Positions 61,924 through 64,000 of a stretch of 64,000 nucleotides of DNA are shown piece after piece. This stretch comes from the human T2T-CHM13v2.0 reference genome, Homo sapiens, in the NCBI RefSeq assembly GCF_009914755.1, contig NC_060929.1. One strand, 5' to 3'. Below the pieces are notes generated by a model. The model worked only from the letters and a program-made list of their open reading frames with translations, had not been told where the DNA came from and did not search any database. Position 1 is the stretch's first letter; every line of letters begins with the position of its first letter. Position numbers and translations under genes: made by a program.

Positions 61924-63245
61924 CAGAGAATTTCTATTCTGTCATCTTGCTGACATCACTCCAGGAGAAAATTACCAATACATACAACAAATTGGATGAA
62001 TCTCCAGGGAATAATGCTGAGTAAGAAAAGCTGTACTCAAAGATCACATACCATATGATTCCATTTATAGTACATTCTTTAAATGACACAATTGTAGAAA
62101 TGAAGATTAGTGGTCACTAGGGATCAGGTGCTGCGGGACAGATAGAGGTGAGTGTGGCTATGAAAGGGCTATATGAGGGATCCTTGTGGTGATGGAACCG
62201 ATCTGTAACTTGGCTAGCAATATCAGGATCCTACTTTTGTTTTTGCAAACTGCTACCATGGTGGGAAATTGTTTATGGCGGGAGAGCTAATCACATCCCA
62301 ATTCATTTTGGTATTGGATCTTTGAGTTTTCCATTTGCTTGTTGCTAATATATAACCATATAATTGTTTTTTATAACAAACTTTGGATCCTGTAATATTA
62401 TGAAACTATCTTACTAGTTCTAGAACTTTCTTGTAGATTCTTTAGAATTTCTGGTTATACTGTCAGTCTCTCCATCATTGCCTTTCACCTCAAATAAGGG
62501 CCTGATTGATGTCATTTGTATTTCTCAGAACAGGTTCTTTTCAGGGGTAGACCAGAACAGTGAGACATCCACTCCTGAAAGACTTTCTCTTGAAAGATAA
62601 CTAGAATACTTAGCTCATCCTCCCTCCCCCTTGTTTGTCTAAATTCTACATAGATAGGAACCTTGTGATAGGTTTTCCTCCTCATGTCTGTTGAAGTTTC
62701 ACCAACTGGAAATTACTTATGTGTCATCCTTACCTGGCATGGAATATTTATAAATGAGTGTCTCTTTCTACAAGAAAAATTTTACATATACCTTTAGGAG
62801 TGCATGGCAAGTCCCTTCCCTCAAATACAATTTCTAGATATTGGCATTTTCAAATGCAGACTTTCTTGATGTCCTCTATAGTGAAGAACTGCATAACCAA
62901 AATTATACTAGGCTAACATTAACAATCTTACACATATCTGATTGTTATGTAGTATAATCAGGAGCACATAACTTCAAAAGAGATGTACATGCAATTCGTT
63001 CTGTTATGCTAATCATTCATTTCTCAATTTAAAAACTTTTATATGCCATAGTGAAAATGTCCATCATTTACGTATTGACTTCTCTATTATCTTTGATAAA
63101 GAATGAAATACATTAGGAACATGACTTCACTTGTAAAATTTTATCAACAAAGATGTAGTCCCCAAAATCATCAAATCCATTGGTTGTTGCACTATCTATT
63201 AAGGCTTGAACTGACCCTGAAGGCTTTTCTGTGTTCAGACCATTC

Positions 63246-64000
<755 letters not shown>

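Overview
Repeat-dense human genomic DNA (an AluYb8 element is present). From protein sequences recalled from memory, I recognise the 5q33.1 IRGM-ZNF300-ZNF300P1 locus. The minus strand carries the complete KRAB-C2H2 gene ZNF300 (12 fingers; promoter near 37.5 kb, stop at 27922) and the disabled 3' zinc-finger exon of its paralogue ZNF300P1 at the right edge. The plus strand carries small alternative 3' exons of IRGM, whose main GTPase ORF lies upstream of the window. Four observations stand out. (1) One IRGM exon is a duplicated SNRK kinase exon read in another frame, and a second, inverted SNRK copy about 0.8 kb downstream could base-pair over its splice acceptor. (2) The ZNF300 KRAB-B exon has lost its usual GT donor and can only give the full-length protein through a non-canonical donor, most plausibly GG. 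(3) Two decayed vomeronasal type-2 receptor (V2R) gene remnants each lie downstream of a ZNF300 copy. (4) IRGM's terminal exon is L2-derived and sits antisense inside a ZNF300 intron. The rest is L1, Alu, ERV (HERV-L, ERV1, HML-5), MaLR, DNA transposons and a tailless 5S rRNA retrocopy. Repeat subfamily names and many repeat boundaries were assigned by eye and are approximate.
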